Of a stretch of 64,000 nt of DNA, positions 10,398 to 21,476 are shown in pieces (positions within the stretch are counted from its first letter, which is position 1; every line of letters starts with the position of its first letter). The translations under genes were made by a program, and so were the position numbers. The stretch comes from Candidatus Poribacteria bacterium (GTDB lineage Bacteria > Poribacteria > WGA-4E > WGA-3G): the NCBI GenBank assembly GCA_965198235.1, contig OZ240248.1, positions 544,001 through 608,000 of the forward strand, written 5' to 3'. The notes under the pieces were generated by a model. It ran no database searches and was not told the origin of the DNA. It saw only the letters and a program-made list of their open reading frames with translations.

Positions 10398-11162
10398 TTA
10401 ATAATGTCTAAAGAGTTTCTGGAAATTTTTTGTCGTTGTTTCGCCGATTGTTTCTATAGAGGTGCTGCGAAGTTCTGCGATCTTTTCTGCCACAGCATGA
10501 ACGTAGGCAGGTTCATTCCGTTTGCCGCGGCGAAATTGCGGGGTCAGCCACGGACAATCGGTTTCTATCAGCAATTTATCCGCTGGCACTTCCCGTGCGA
10601 CTGCTTGGACATCTTTGGCATTCGGATATGTTACAATCCCCCCGATACCGATGTGGAAGCCGATGGTGAGACTTCTGTGCATTAGTTCGACATCGCCAGT
10701 AAAGCAGTGCAACACGCCTCGGATTTTCCCCTGCCGTGCCTCTAAGATGGGGAGGATGTCCATATAGGCATCGCGATTGTGGATGACAATCGGCATTTGC
10801 GTCTCTTCAGCGAGATCCAACTGTTTTTCAAATGCCTCTTTTTGCACTGGGCGCGGCGAGAGGTTGCGGTAATAGTCTAATCCCATTTCGCCGAGCGCAA
10901 TCACCTTCGGATGTGCGGCGAGTTCACGAAAAGTCTTTAGCGCATCGGGAGTCAGATCTTTTGCATCGTGCGGATGCATCCCAACGGTGGCATAGATATG
11001 CGCATGTTCCTCCGCCAATTCCACAGCACCGAGGCTGGTTTCCATGTCAAACCCTATGACAAGAATATGAGACACTGAGGCTGCGCTCGCGCGTTTTAGC
11101 ATTGCGTCGCGATCACGATTAAATTGGGAGAGTTGGATGTGTGCGTGTGAGTCGATAAGCAT
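10398..11162 (-). CDS. tatD: TatD family DNase
   Basis: DSHAH, GEMGLDYY, HNRDA, HCFTG and ETDCP motifs; start moved to ATG 11162. Confidence 0.93.
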   Translation of the reverse strand: MLIDSHAHIQLSQFNRDRDAMLKRASAASVSHILVIGFDMETSLGAVELAEEHAHIYATVGMHPHDAKDLTPDALKTFRELAAHPKVIALGEMGLDYYRNLSPRPVQKEAFEKQLDLAEETQMPIVIHNRDAYMDILPILEARQGKIRGVLHCFTGDVELMHRSLTIGFHIGIGGIVTYPNAKDVQAVAREVPADKLLIETDCPWLTPQFRRGKRNEPAYVHAVAEKIAELRSTSIETIGETTTKNFQKLFRHY

Positions 11163-11228
11163 TTGAATTCCAAGCCCGGTGTATTTCACCGACGAGGTTT
11201 GTAACCTCATCTGTTAAGTAAAATACGC

Positions 11229-11939
11229 TTACATCAAGGGCGTTCGGATAACCGTCTCAAGCGTGTGCGCGCGGGGTGGTTGTGTCACCAGAAATAGGAT
11301 CAGATCCGCGACATCTTCTGGAAGTGTGAGATGCTCAATCACATCGTCTGGATGGTTATCGCGGCGCATCTTGGTATCTACAGGACCGGGACAGACAACC
11401 GAGGCTTTTACACCGTGTAGTCTACCTTCATTGTTCGTTGTCTCGGTGAAGCCGACCACAGCGAATTTAGAGGCACAATACGCACCGCCATTGACGTGTC
11501 CAAATTTACCTGAGACCGAGGAGACATTAACAATGTGTCCGTACTTCTGCTCACACATGTGGCTGAAAACGGCTTGCGTGCCGAGGAACACGCCCTTGAG
11601 ATTGACTGCCATCGTCAGGTCCCAATCTTCTTCTCGGATCTTCGGAATCGGATTGTGGATTGCGACACCTGCGTTGTTGACAAGGATGTCCACCTTACCG
11701 AAGGTATCAAGTGTTCGGGCGACCATGGCATCAACATCCGTTTTCAGTTGAATATCGGTCGTGACAGCGAGTGCACGTCTGCCGAGTTGCTTCACCTCTT
11801 CGGCGACAGCGGTTATCTCGGTGTCAGTTCGTGCGGCAAGCACGATGTCTGCCCCTTCTTTGGCAAACGCTAAAGCGGTCGAATGACCGATCCCACGTCC
11901 GCCCCCTGTGATAATTGCGATACGGTTTTCAAGTTTCAC
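11229..11939 (-). CDS. Short-chain dehydrogenase/reductase
   Basis: TGGGRGIG, NNAG and YCASK motifs; GTG start after AAGGAG. Confidence 0.93.
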   Translation of the reverse strand: MKLENRIAIITGGGRGIGHSTALAFAKEGADIVLAARTDTEITAVAEEVKQLGRRALAVTTDIQLKTDVDAMVARTLDTFGKVDILVNNAGVAIHNPIPKIREEDWDLTMAVNLKGVFLGTQAVFSHMCEQKYGHIVNVSSVSGKFGHVNGGAYCASKFAVVGFTETTNNEGRLHGVKASVVCPGPVDTKMRRDNHPDDVIEHLTLPEDVADLILFLVTQPPRAHTLETVIRTPLM

Positions 11940-12184
11940 AAATTCTCCTTTTTTAATTACTCGCAAGGCGTTAAATCAGGTGGTTTGTTTATCGAAAGGT
12001 TCCGATCATATCCGCCTGTGCCGTTGTTACAGGCTACCGTCTTCGGTTAAGGATTGATAAATTCTAACCATAGCAAATCCGGGGCATTCGTGCCATCAAA
12101 ACCGCAGCCCGTAATGAAATGGAGGGCGGATTTAAGAAAGGGACATCAAAGTTCAAACCCGTGTTGTTTAACCGCAAGGAAAGT

Positions 12185-13270
12185 TTAAAAAATTTGATAG
12201 GGCGCGAGTTTCTCTTTATTGAACAGAATGCCGTGTCCCGGACGTTCAGGCGGTGAAAAGTGTCCGTCTCTGAGTGTCAAGGTATCGTCAAGGACCGGGT
12301 CAAACGAAGGGATATATTCCACAAAAAGCGAATGTGGCACAGCGGCAGAGAGATGAACGTGCAAATCCATCAGGAAGTGTGGTGAGACAGAAAGTCCAAA
12401 GCATTCCGCTGTATGTGCTACCTTCATCCATTCAGAGATACCGCCGACGCGGACGGCATCGGGTTGCAGGATATCCGCCGCACCTTGTGCGATGTATTCC
12501 TGAAAAACGTATTTATTATAGAGGGTCTCGCCAACAGCGATCGGGATAGTCGTTTTCTCGCGCAGTGTCACATGGCTGTCCACATCGTCTGCTTCGATGG
12601 GTTCCTCAAACCAGAAGAGGTCTGCTTCTTCGACACGACATGCGAGTTGAATGGCTTCGCGGGCGTTCCATTTCATATTGGCATCGATCATGAGATAGGG
12701 ATCCTGCCCGATCGCCTTTCTGACAGCGAAGATTCGCGCCACGTCTTCATAGAGACTGTCGCGCCCTACCTTAATCTTGATACCTTTGAAGCCTTGCTCC
12801 ACAAATTCCACGGATTGCCTAACGAGTTCCTCCTCGGAAAGGTGTAGCCAGCCACCATCTGTATTGTAAACGGGAACAGCGGGTCTTGCCCCACCGAGGA
12901 GTTGGTAGAGCGGCAATCCTGCACGCTTTGCCATGAGATCCCAAAGGGCGATGTCCACCGCTGCCATGCCCAAACCGACTATGCCGCCTCTGCCTACCCA
13001 GTGTGTCTCCATCCACATCCGATTCCAAATCCGGTCGATATTGGAAGCATCTTCTTCAAGGAGGATAGGTGTGAGGTAGGCATCCATGGTCTGCTTAATC
13101 GCTTCTCCACCCTTACCGATAGTGTAAGAGAACCCAGTCCCCACAACGCCATCTACATCTTCAATCTCAATGAAGGGAAATTCCATAGAGACGAAAGTTT
13201 GAATAGCATCGACGCGTTCAACTTGGGGTGGGATGTCGTACAGAGATGTCCGGATTGCTTTAATTTTCAT
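12185..13270 (-). CDS. Mandelate racemase/enolase superfamily dehydratase
   Basis: DIALWDL, KIKVG, DAN, EEP and GE motifs. Confidence 0.92.
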   Translation of the reverse strand: MKIKAIRTSLYDIPPQVERVDAIQTFVSMEFPFIEIEDVDGVVGTGFSYTIGKGGEAIKQTMDAYLTPILLEEDASNIDRIWNRMWMETHWVGRGGIVGLGMAAVDIALWDLMAKRAGLPLYQLLGGARPAVPVYNTDGGWLHLSEEELVRQSVEFVEQGFKGIKIKVGRDSLYEDVARIFAVRKAIGQDPYLMIDANMKWNAREAIQLACRVEEADLFWFEEPIEADDVDSHVTLREKTTIPIAVGETLYNKYVFQEYIAQGAADILQPDAVRVGGISEWMKVAHTAECFGLSVSPHFLMDLHVHLSAAVPHSLFVEYIPSFDPVLDDTLTLRDGHFSPPERPGHGILFNKEKLAPYQIF

Positions 13271-13280
13271 CGGATTTTGC

Positions 13281-14153
13281 CTACTGCTTTAAGTTTTCGA
13301 TCATCGTCAATAACGTTTCGATACAGATGCGTGAGGCTTCCTCACCGGCTTCGGAGAAGGCTTGCCCTGCGGGACGGTTGAGGATAGCCTCGTCAATTTT
13401 CAGTGAAGGTCGCCAATGTGTTTCAAGGCAAAGATGCCCTTCGTAACCGTCGTCAATAAGGGCTTGCAGCTGCCCTTGCCAGTCAATGATGCCGTCGCCG
13501 ACTGGAACGGATTCTATCTCGCCGGTATCAGGGTTTGGACCTGCGTCCTTGAGGTGTGCGTGGATCATCGTCGGTTTCATGCGGTTATAGGCATCGGGAT
13601 ACGGGGTCTCGCCACCCTTTGCGTGTGCTTCATTGGCAGGATCCCAGATGCCGCGGATATTCGGAGCGTCAATCTGCTCAATGAATTCCGCTGTAAGTTT
13701 GGCGGTGCGGAGCGAGGTGGTGGATTCGTTTTCCATGCCGAGGACGATGCCTTCACCGTCTATCATTCTGCGCGGTTCATCGTAGGAGGCGATAATTTCA
13801 TCCCACCGTTCCTCGGTTTCACCGGTGTCCCAGAAGACGAAAGTACGGATGAGATTTGTATCAAACGCTTTTGCCGTCCGGATGCACCCTTTGAGTATAT
13901 CAAGATGTTCTTTCCGTTCTGCCGCGTCGTCCATATCGCATTTAAAGAACGGAGATGCGACACCAATAATCTCGATGTCGGTGCCATCGAGCAAGCGTTT
14001 CATCTCGTCGATGTCGATATCGGTGAGTTCATGCGGGAGTTTGTCCCAGACGGAGCGAATTTCGATAGAGTGTAGATTGAATTCTTTTACAAAATTGACA
14101 ACGGTGTCGAAGTCTTGCGAAACTTCGTCGCCGATAACACCGAGTTTAAACAT
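13281..14153 (-). CDS. Sugar phosphate isomerase/epimerase (xylose isomerase-like TIM barrel)
   Basis: ENE, WDPAN, HLKD and LETH metal motifs. Confidence 0.88.
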   Translation of the reverse strand: MFKLGVIGDEVSQDFDTVVNFVKEFNLHSIEIRSVWDKLPHELTDIDIDEMKRLLDGTDIEIIGVASPFFKCDMDDAAERKEHLDILKGCIRTAKAFDTNLIRTFVFWDTGETEERWDEIIASYDEPRRMIDGEGIVLGMENESTTSLRTAKLTAEFIEQIDAPNIRGIWDPANEAHAKGGETPYPDAYNRMKPTMIHAHLKDAGPNPDTGEIESVPVGDGIIDWQGQLQALIDDGYEGHLCLETHWRPSLKIDEAILNRPAGQAFSEAGEEASRICIETLLTMIENLKQ

Positions 14154-14468
14154 AGTTATATGTCTCCTTACAAATACAAAACTGATTGATTTGGCACAAT
14201 AGTAGCATAGGGGGGCGTTAATAGCAAGCGGATTTTGTGATGTCTGGCACGGAATAAAGAACGGTAAGGTTGAGAAACCTCACGTGCGGAAAGGGAGGGA
14301 GAAGGTGCCGGAGAAACGAAATATCACCGCTTATAAAGTTTTTTACTGATGTCAGGTGGTTATTTTTCCCAACGCCCTCAAAACTCCGCTGACAGATTTC
14401 GCATTGGGGAACATCTCGGCTACATCGTCATCAAGCCGATACCGAACACAAACTATCTGGACAGGACT

Positions 14469-14738
14469 TTAGCCGTTGTAGTTTTGCAAATCAAAATCAT
14501 CAAGCGTTTCGGCAACGAGTGCTTTCTCAAAGAGTGAATCGAGGCGGGAGAGGCTCTGTATAGAGTGAATCTCGTCGATAACCGATGCTGGGATGGGATC
14601 AAATCGGAACGTTAGCAGTTTAAGGAGCGCGGCCTGTTTGGCTTCGGCTCTGCCTTCCACTTTACCTTGTTCAATACCGCGTTCAATACCGCGTTCAATA
14701 CCGCGTTCAATGAGAACTTCTGCCATTGACTGTGCCAT
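14469..14738 (-). CDS. Predicted RpnS-type small protein (89 aa) from an internal in-frame start
   Basis: GGAGGT-7nt-ATG inside the rpn ORF (SD 14751-14746) giving MAQSMAEVLIERG... Confidence 0.65.
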   Translation of the reverse strand: MAQSMAEVLIERGIERGIERGIEQGKVEGRAEAKQAALLKLLTFRFDPIPASVIDEIHSIQSLSRLDSLFEKALVAETLDDFDLQNYNG

Positions 14739-15554
14739 CGTTTCTACCTCCATGTCGTGGGTGTGCTCATTCACAAGTGTTATCAAGTCTTCGTGTTCTC
14801 CGGCGGGCCGGCGATGCAGTATAAGCAGCAGCAAATACACAATTGCCCGCCGCTTTTGTGCCGCCTGTGCCGCATCAAGCTCATTTAGTCTCGCCATCGC
14901 TGCAGTCAACGCCTCGCTTAGCGTTTCCACATCCGCCTGTTCCTTTTGAAGAACGGTAAGCAACCATCCGAGCGGATGGTCGGTTTTCGTCAACTCCGCT
15001 GCATCTGTTTCTTTCACGCTTAGAAACAGCGTGTCAAACCTCGGGACAAAACGAGACAACACATCCGGAATCTCCATGAGGCCAGTCAGCGAAAGTGGTG
15101 TCATCCAACGCCGCTCCCCGGTGTAGAATACTATCGGGAGTATCGGATGCAACCGCCGCTCACTTTTCGGTACATTGTTCGACTCCCAATCGCGTCTTTG
15201 TTCATCCCATAGTTGCATCATATAAAACAGCACCCGAAATCCCATCATCTCATCCACCGTCGATTGATGCTCAATCAGGATATAAATAATCAGGTCATCG
15301 GTTTGGGATTCGTCCTGAAAAGGGACCCGAAAAACGATGTCCGACTCTTGTTCACGCAGTGTGTCAGAAACGAAACTCCTGTTGAGCGGCGTAAGACGGC
15401 TAAAATCAATAAACTCAACGAGCTCGGCTGCGACGATTTCTATCAAGCCTCGGACATTCTCCGACGCTTGGAAAAACCATCTGGTGCTCCTGTCAGGGAA
15501 GTTTTCAATAGGAATGCCGAAAAAGGAGCGGATTTCTGTTTCTGTCGTCGTCAT
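14469..15554 (-). CDS. Rpn/YhgA-like PD-(D/E)XK nuclease (putative transposase family)
   Basis: ESDIVF, YILIEHQS and PIVFYTG motifs; IERG repeated three times near the C-terminus; GGAGA SD before ATG 15554. Confidence 0.9.
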   Translation of the reverse strand: MTTTETEIRSFFGIPIENFPDRSTRWFFQASENVRGLIEIVAAELVEFIDFSRLTPLNRSFVSDTLREQESDIVFRVPFQDESQTDDLIIYILIEHQSTVDEMMGFRVLFYMMQLWDEQRRDWESNNVPKSERRLHPILPIVFYTGERRWMTPLSLTGLMEIPDVLSRFVPRFDTLFLSVKETDAAELTKTDHPLGWLLTVLQKEQADVETLSEALTAAMARLNELDAAQAAQKRRAIVYLLLLILHRRPAGEHEDLITLVNEHTHDMEVETMAQSMAEVLIERGIERGIERGIEQGKVEGRAEAKQAALLKLLTFRFDPIPASVIDEIHSIQSLSRLDSLFEKALVAETLDDFDLQNYNG

Positions 15555-15736
15555 AGTCTCCCCTATTGTGTAGTGTTTATATAGCATAGCACAAGTCGCA
15601 GGCGAAGTCAAACCAAAAGGGAACACTTCAGTCTATACCACTGAACTCACGTTTAAATACGCAATCTAACTCCAGTTGTGAAACCTTACCTTCTTGGGAT
15701 TCAGCATAGCCATTCAGTTTTCAACTCTGATCGCAT

Positions 15737-15981
15737 CGTAGGTTGGGTTGAACGGACTCCAGTAAACCCACGAAAAACAATAGAAAAATGAACCCTCTCC
15801 CTATATGCCACATCAAAGAGAGACGGAGTGAACCCAACGCTTTTGTTTTCAAGTTTCCCAGACTCTGATGGTATGAAGTTGGGTTTCACTCTGTTTCTGG
15901 GTGTATATGGCAGCCTCCTATATTTGAAGTCTCTTTGGACTACTATATCCGACGCCTCAACGCCGTTCAACCCAACCTACG
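15737..15981. mobile_element. REPIN/MITE-like element with perfect 19-bp terminal inverted repeats
   Basis: CGTAGGTTGGGTTGAACGG at 15737-15755 and its reverse complement at 15963-15981; half-copies near 47799, 59898 and 62062. Confidence 0.8.
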
Positions 15982-16105
15982 GAAACCGACTGCCGATTGC
16001 TGATAACTGAATGCCTCTGGGGATTCAGGAAATTGGCTTGCAATGAGGGCAAAGATCGTGCTAAAATAAGATTAATCGTAGCGTTGCATAGAGAGGAGAA
16101 AGAAG

Positions 16106-19100
16106 ATGATGAACTACGCAGAATTGCGGCTCCCACAACGTCAGAGAGAAGAAATTCATCGGATTTTGTCCAACGCTTCCGATAGAGCCGGTAGCATAGA
16201 TAGCGAATCTATATTGCGAAGCCTCCAAGAACTCGTCACCGACGACGCAGACATCCAGACATGCTTTGCGGACCTCGTCATCCCCTTGTTGAAAGCCTCT
16301 ATAGACTCACCCAATCCTGAAGCCGCTTTAAATCGTTTTTCACGTTTTGCAGAGGTATCGTTTAATCGCAGATCGCTCTATCAACTGCTGCGAGATGCGC
16401 CGCAGCTCATACGTCCTGTCATTTTAACGTTCGGTGCGTCCACCTATTTGTCTGAGATTCTAATTCGCACACCTGAATATTTCTATGACATCACTGATCC
16501 GCATGTGATGGGCATGCAGAAAACTTCCGAGATGATGTATCAGGAGCTTGAACAATCAATTTCACGGTTCGCTTCGGTAGAGCAGAAACTTCGCATCTTG
16601 CGGCGATACAAGCGACGGGAGACGCTTCGTATCGGACTACGCGACCTGCTTAAGATGGCAGATGTTGAAACAACGACGTTAGAGTTGAGCAATTTGGCTG
16701 AAGCTGCACTACAACACTGCTACGAAATCGGGCGCGACCAAATCATGAAACCGAAGTTCGGGACACCGCTCGATGAAGAAGGCACTGCCCCCTGTCGTTT
16801 CGCTATCATCGGGATGGGAAAGTTAGGTGGCTATGAACTCAACTTTAGTTCCGACATTGACCTTATTTTCGTGTATTCGGATGATGCACGTACCGATATG
16901 GGAAATGACAATAGCGAGTACTTCTCGCGTTTTTGTGAATTTATCATCAAGGCGATGAGTGAGATAACCCCGGAGGGCTATGTCTTTCGTGTTGACATCC
17001 GCTTGCGTCCGGAAAGTAGCGCAGGTGTCATTATTCGTTCCATGGAGAGTTACGAAAGTTACTATGAAGGATGGGGCGATTTGTGGGAACGTCAAGCTTT
17101 AATTAAAGCGCGTCCTGTCGCTGGGGATATGGTGTTCGGCGATGAGTTCATCCGTATGATCCAGCCGTTTGTCTATCAACGTTACTTAGATGGCGTGACG
17201 CTCACCGAGATTAAGGCAGACATCCGACGTACCAAAGCGCGAATAGAGGAGCGGCTCGTCAGTGAAAGTGCGAATCTTGAAAAACATGTAAAACTCGGTC
17301 CGGGTGCTATTCGTGATATTGAATTCACCGTACAGTGTCTTCAGATGATTCATGGTGCTAAGCGAAAGTCATTGTGTTCGCATAACACCTTGGAAGTACT
17401 TGCGGCGTTAAAAGCGAGTAAACTGCTCAGCGCGGAGGATGCGGACGCGCTCATGGCTGCCTATAGGTTTTTACGTACCGTTGAGAACTGCATCCAAATT
17501 GAAGCAGATCAGCAGCGTTATCTAATCCCAGAGAAAGAAACGGAGGAACGGGAACTCGCCCGGCGCGTGGGGTACCAGCATACGGCAGAAATCGATGCTC
17601 TGGAGGCGTTTCGAGAAGATTATCGCGTCCACACTGAACAGGTACGCGTAATTTTTAAGAAGATCACTGCGACTTCGATCCAGTCTGAAGACGGCCTTGA
17701 CATCGCTGTTTTACTTTCCGAAGAGGATCCGCAACAATTAGAGACTTTCTTGAGCACGTTCCGTTTTGAAAACGTAAGAAATGCACAGCGTCTCTTAAGA
17801 CAGCTTGCGAACGGCGGGGACGGCATCCAATTCTCACCGAGTGTACGACGCACCTTCTTTAAACTCGCGCCAACGCTCCTAAATGTTTTGCGTGACTCTC
17901 CTAATCCGGACATGGCACTCCGTTACCTCTCAGCGTTTACAGATAAAGTGGGCGCGCGGAGCAGTTACTACACAATGTTCGCTGAAAAGCCTTCAACACT
18001 TGAAGTGCTTACTCGTGTCTGCGGCACGAGTTTATATCTCGCAGATATGCTCATCGCGAGTCCTGAACTCTTTGATCTACTGACGGTCCCTACGCTGATA
18101 GAACGTTCCAAGACGCTCGCTGAGAAACAAACGGAGGCATTGCAAGTGGTCGCGCAGGCACCGGAAGGCAGAATGCTGTCCATGTTGCGGCGGTATAAAA
18201 ACGACGAGATTTGGCGTATCGCCTTGCGGAACATTCTTGGAAATGCGACGCTGCCAGATACAACGCAAGAACTCTCTGATTTAGCCGAAGCTACTTTGCA
18301 AGCCATTTATCCAGAAATTGAGGCGGAACTCCGCGAGGCACACGGCACGCCGCTTGCTCCCGATGGAACGCCCGTAACATTCGCGATCATCGCCATGGGT
18401 AAATTTGGCGGACGTGAATTGAACTTCAGTTCAGACTTAGATGTTATGTACGTCTATTCGGCAGATGGTGAGACGACAAAAGGTATGCCAAATGTGGAGT
18501 ATTTTTCAGCTGTCGGTTTGGAGTTAGTAAACCGACTTGCTGGAAATCAAGGGATGGGTATCTATGAAGTTGATCTACGGCTTCGTCCGCACGGGACAGG
18601 TGGTGCGATTGCACTGCCGTTGGTAGGATATCAGAATTACTACGATAACACTGCAGAAGTTTGGGAACGTCAGGCGTTAACACGTGCTCGCGTTGTCGCC
18701 GGAGACATAGAACAACTCGGGAACCGATTTTTGGAAATCGCCCATGCCTTCTGTTATGGGGATGCCCCAACGTCTGAGGAGATCGCCGAGATTGTGCATA
18801 CACGTCAACGAAAGGAAGCACAAGCGACTCGAAAGACATCTACTCGACGTAGAAGGGGCGGCAAGACGCAGACACCTACAGCCAATGTCAAATCGGGATA
18901 CGGTGGACTTGTGGATATTGAATTTGCTGTTCAAACCCTTCAATTGGTACATGGTGGGCGAGAGACTTCTGTGCGTGTGCAAAATACACCGCTCGCGATT
19001 GAGAGATTGCACAAGATTGGGGTGCTGACAGAGGCACAGGGTGATGGATTAGTGGAAGCGTATCAATTCTTGAGACGCGTCGAAAACGCCTTACGGATTG

Positions 19101-19276
19101 TCCACGATCGGGCGTTGGATGCTCTTCCCAAAAATCGTGCAGAGCTGGGACAGTTAGCGCGCCGTCTCGGATATACGGGAAGTAACGATAAACCCGCTGC
19201 AGAAGCGTTTTTACAGGATTACGGAAAGTGGACCGAGACGACCCGTTCGCTTTTCAATCAGATCCTTGTGAAGTGA
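16106..19276 (+). CDS. glnE: Bifunctional glutamine synthetase adenylyltransferase/deadenylase
   Basis: Two GK(L/F)GGxELNFSSD nucleotidyltransferase domains; two D(I/L)RLRP and two WERQAL motifs. Confidence 0.95.
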   Translation: MMNYAELRLPQRQREEIHRILSNASDRAGSIDSESILRSLQELVTDDADIQTCFADLVIPLLKASIDSPNPEAALNRFSRFAEVSFNRRSLYQLLRDAPQLIRPVILTFGASTYLSEILIRTPEYFYDITDPHVMGMQKTSEMMYQELEQSISRFASVEQKLRILRRYKRRETLRIGLRDLLKMADVETTTLELSNLAEAALQHCYEIGRDQIMKPKFGTPLDEEGTAPCRFAIIGMGKLGGYELNFSSDIDLIFVYSDDARTDMGNDNSEYFSRFCEFIIKAMSEITPEGYVFRVDIRLRPESSAGVIIRSMESYESYYEGWGDLWERQALIKARPVAGDMVFGDEFIRMIQPFVYQRYLDGVTLTEIKADIRRTKARIEERLVSESANLEKHVKLGPGAIRDIEFTVQCLQMIHGAKRKSLCSHNTLEVLAALKASKLLSAEDADALMAAYRFLRTVENCIQIEADQQRYLIPEKETEERELARRVGYQHTAEIDALEAFREDYRVHTEQVRVIFKKITATSIQSEDGLDIAVLLSEEDPQQLETFLSTFRFENVRNAQRLLRQLANGGDGIQFSPSVRRTFFKLAPTLLNVLRDSPNPDMALRYLSAFTDKVGARSSYYTMFAEKPSTLEVLTRVCGTSLYLADMLIASPELFDLLTVPTLIERSKTLAEKQTEALQVVAQAPEGRMLSMLRRYKNDEIWRIALRNILGNATLPDTTQELSDLAEATLQAIYPEIEAELREAHGTPLAPDGTPVTFAIIAMGKFGGRELNFSSDLDVMYVYSADGETTKGMPNVEYFSAVGLELVNRLAGNQGMGIYEVDLRLRPHGTGGAIALPLVGYQNYYDNTAEVWERQALTRARVVAGDIEQLGNRFLEIAHAFCYGDAPTSEEIAEIVHTRQRKEAQATRKTSTRRRRGGKTQTPTANVKSGYGGLVDIEFAVQTLQLVHGGRETSVRVQNTPLAIERLHKIGVLTEAQGDGLVEAYQFLRRVENALRIVHDRALDALPKNRAELGQLARRLGYTGSNDKPAAEAFLQDYGKWTETTRSLFNQILVK

Positions 19277-19382
19277 ACGACATAGTGATATACATCTATT
19301 TAGCTTTGTGATTGTGTGCTGGTAGTCTTCAAGCTACGCCAGCAACCGCGTTGACACTAAAATACAACCCAGAGGAGGCATT

Positions 19383-20414
19383 ATGGTATTTGAATCGCCA
19401 TTTTTTGACTCCCGCTCTCCAAAGAATGTAATCTTTTGCATAGGGGACGGTATGGGCTTTGAAGCAGTCAAAGCTGCGGGATATTATGCCTACGGTGAAA
19501 CAGGCACGCTGTCTTTTGAAGCGTTCCCACACCGCGCAGAAATGGCAACTTATGCAGCAAACTCACCTATGACAGATTCTGCCGCCGCCGCAACCGCTAT
19601 GGCAACGGGGCATAAAGTCAACAATGGTGTCATCAGTATGGAATTACCCGGCAGTGGTGCTCCATTGAAGACCCTCTTAGAAATTTCCAAGGCACAAGGC
19701 AAATCGACAGGACTCGTGTCGACTACCTACATCACCCACGCGACTCCCGCAGCATTTGCTGCACATAACCCACAACGCAACAACCTCGCTGATATTGCGC
19801 ATGATTACCTCCATCTCACTCGTCCAAACGTCCTATTGGGCGGTGGTGGTAATGGTCTCACTGAGAAAGATGCTGAAGCCGCAGGATATACTGTCGTGAC
19901 TGATCGAGAGGGGCTGTTGAACCTTGATACCGACACTGAAAACCCCGTTTCCGGACAGTTCGGCGATACGAATATCCCGTACATGTTTGATGGTCCCAAC
20001 GATTTGCCTCACCTGTCAGAGATGGTGACGGTGGCGGTGGACATTCTCTGTAACGCTCCAGAAGGCTTTTTCTTACTTGTTGAAGGGGGACGTATCGATC
20101 ATGCTGGACATTCTAATGACATTGAACGCAACATTTTAGAGACAATCGAGTTTTCCAAGACGGTACAAACCATTTTTGACCGCGTTGCTGGGCGAGATGA
20201 CACCCTTATTCTTGTCACTGCTGATCATGAGACAGGAGGCTTGAAAGTACATAAAAACAATGGTAAGGGGCATGTCCCCGAAATTTCTTGGAGCACAGGT
20301 GGGCACACCGTCAGCAATGTTCCGCTTTACGGGTGGGGTAGAAATGCTGAACAGGTGGGCAGCATCATGAACAATACAGACCTTATTAAGGTAGTGGGAT
20401 GTTTGTCTAACTGA
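19383..20414 (+). CDS. Alkaline phosphatase
   Basis: IGDGMG, TDSAAAATA, THATPA, EGGRIDHAGH and TADHETGG motifs. Confidence 0.93.
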   Translation: MVFESPFFDSRSPKNVIFCIGDGMGFEAVKAAGYYAYGETGTLSFEAFPHRAEMATYAANSPMTDSAAAATAMATGHKVNNGVISMELPGSGAPLKTLLEISKAQGKSTGLVSTTYITHATPAAFAAHNPQRNNLADIAHDYLHLTRPNVLLGGGGNGLTEKDAEAAGYTVVTDREGLLNLDTDTENPVSGQFGDTNIPYMFDGPNDLPHLSEMVTVAVDILCNAPEGFFLLVEGGRIDHAGHSNDIERNILETIEFSKTVQTIFDRVAGRDDTLILVTADHETGGLKVHKNNGKGHVPEISWSTGGHTVSNVPLYGWGRNAEQVGSIMNNTDLIKVVGCLSN

Positions 20415-20615
20415 ATTCGTGGATGGTTCGCTGGAACTGGCTATAGAAACACCCGCCCAGAGGTGTTCAATTTTCAGTCTTCTTTGCATTGTATAGGAGG
20501 AGTCGCGATCAGGAGATCGCTCCTACAGCCAAAATGTTCCGTAAATTTCCCTTGAGAAATCGCGATGAACCTGCTAAAATAGATGCCAATTCTTTTTAGA
20601 GTAGGGAGAAAATTT

Positions 20616-21476
20616 ATGGTTTACGGACAAGGTACACATCAATACACTGTGCAAGAGAATTGGTGGACACTTCCAGAGGGTTGGGAATTTGGTTGGATTC
20701 CCGCTGTTGCTGTTGATTCACAGGACCGCGTCTATGTTTACAGTCGCAGCGAGCATCCGATGATCGTCCTTGATCGGGATGGCAATTTTATTGACTCTTG
20801 GGGTGACGACATCCTCAAGGATGCCCACGGGATTTTCATCGATGCCGACGATAACATCTATTGTACGGAACGTGACACGCATGTCATGCGCAAGTTCAGT
20901 ACGAACGGTGAACTCCTGATGACGCTTGGCACGCCAGATGTCCCCGGTGCGGAAGGTGAACCCTTCAATCAACCGACGGATTTGGCACTCGGCCCCGATG
21001 GCGAAATGTATATCACCGACGGTTACGGCAACGCCCGCGTTCACAAATACTCGCCCGATGGTGAACTCATTAAATCGTGGGGACAGCCGGGTACAGGTCC
21101 CAGTGAATTTAATCTGCCGCATTGTGTCAGAGTCGATCCGCGCAATAGACTTATGGTCGCCGACCGGGAAAACAATCGCATCCAATTCTTTACCCTCGAT
21201 GGTGAGTACATTGAAGAATGGGGGGACTTGGCGCATCCAGACACAATCTACATTGACGAAGACGAACTCGTTTATATCGCCGAGTTGGATCAGCGTATCA
21301 CCATCATGACGTTGAATGGCGAGGTTGTCTCCCGATGGGGTAGCGAACGCGGCAGTGCTGTCCCCGGTGAATTTATGGCATGCCCACACGGGATCTGGTT
21401 GGATTCGCACGGCGATATGTACGTTGGTGAAGTTCAAGCAGACGCACGGCTTCAGAAATTCATTCGGCAACGGTAG
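20616..21476 (+). CDS. NHL-repeat beta-propeller (PAL-like) protein
   Basis: PTDLA, DGYGNARVHKY and VADRENNRIQ repeats; GGGAG SD. Confidence 0.88.
   Translation: MVYGQGTHQYTVQENWWTLPEGWEFGWIPAVAVDSQDRVYVYSRSEHPMIVLDRDGNFIDSWGDDILKDAHGIFIDADDNIYCTERDTHVMRKFSTNGELLMTLGTPDVPGAEGEPFNQPTDLALGPDGEMYITDGYGNARVHKYSPDGELIKSWGQPGTGPSEFNLPHCVRVDPRNRLMVADRENNRIQFFTLDGEYIEEWGDLAHPDTIYIDEDELVYIAELDQRITIMTLNGEVVSRWGSERGSAVPGEFMACPHGIWLDSHGDMYVGEVQADARLQKFIRQR

Noticed and set aside
15701-16010. Short ORFs within the inverted-repeat element
   Set aside because: No SD or protein motifs; they lie inside a palindromic repeat.
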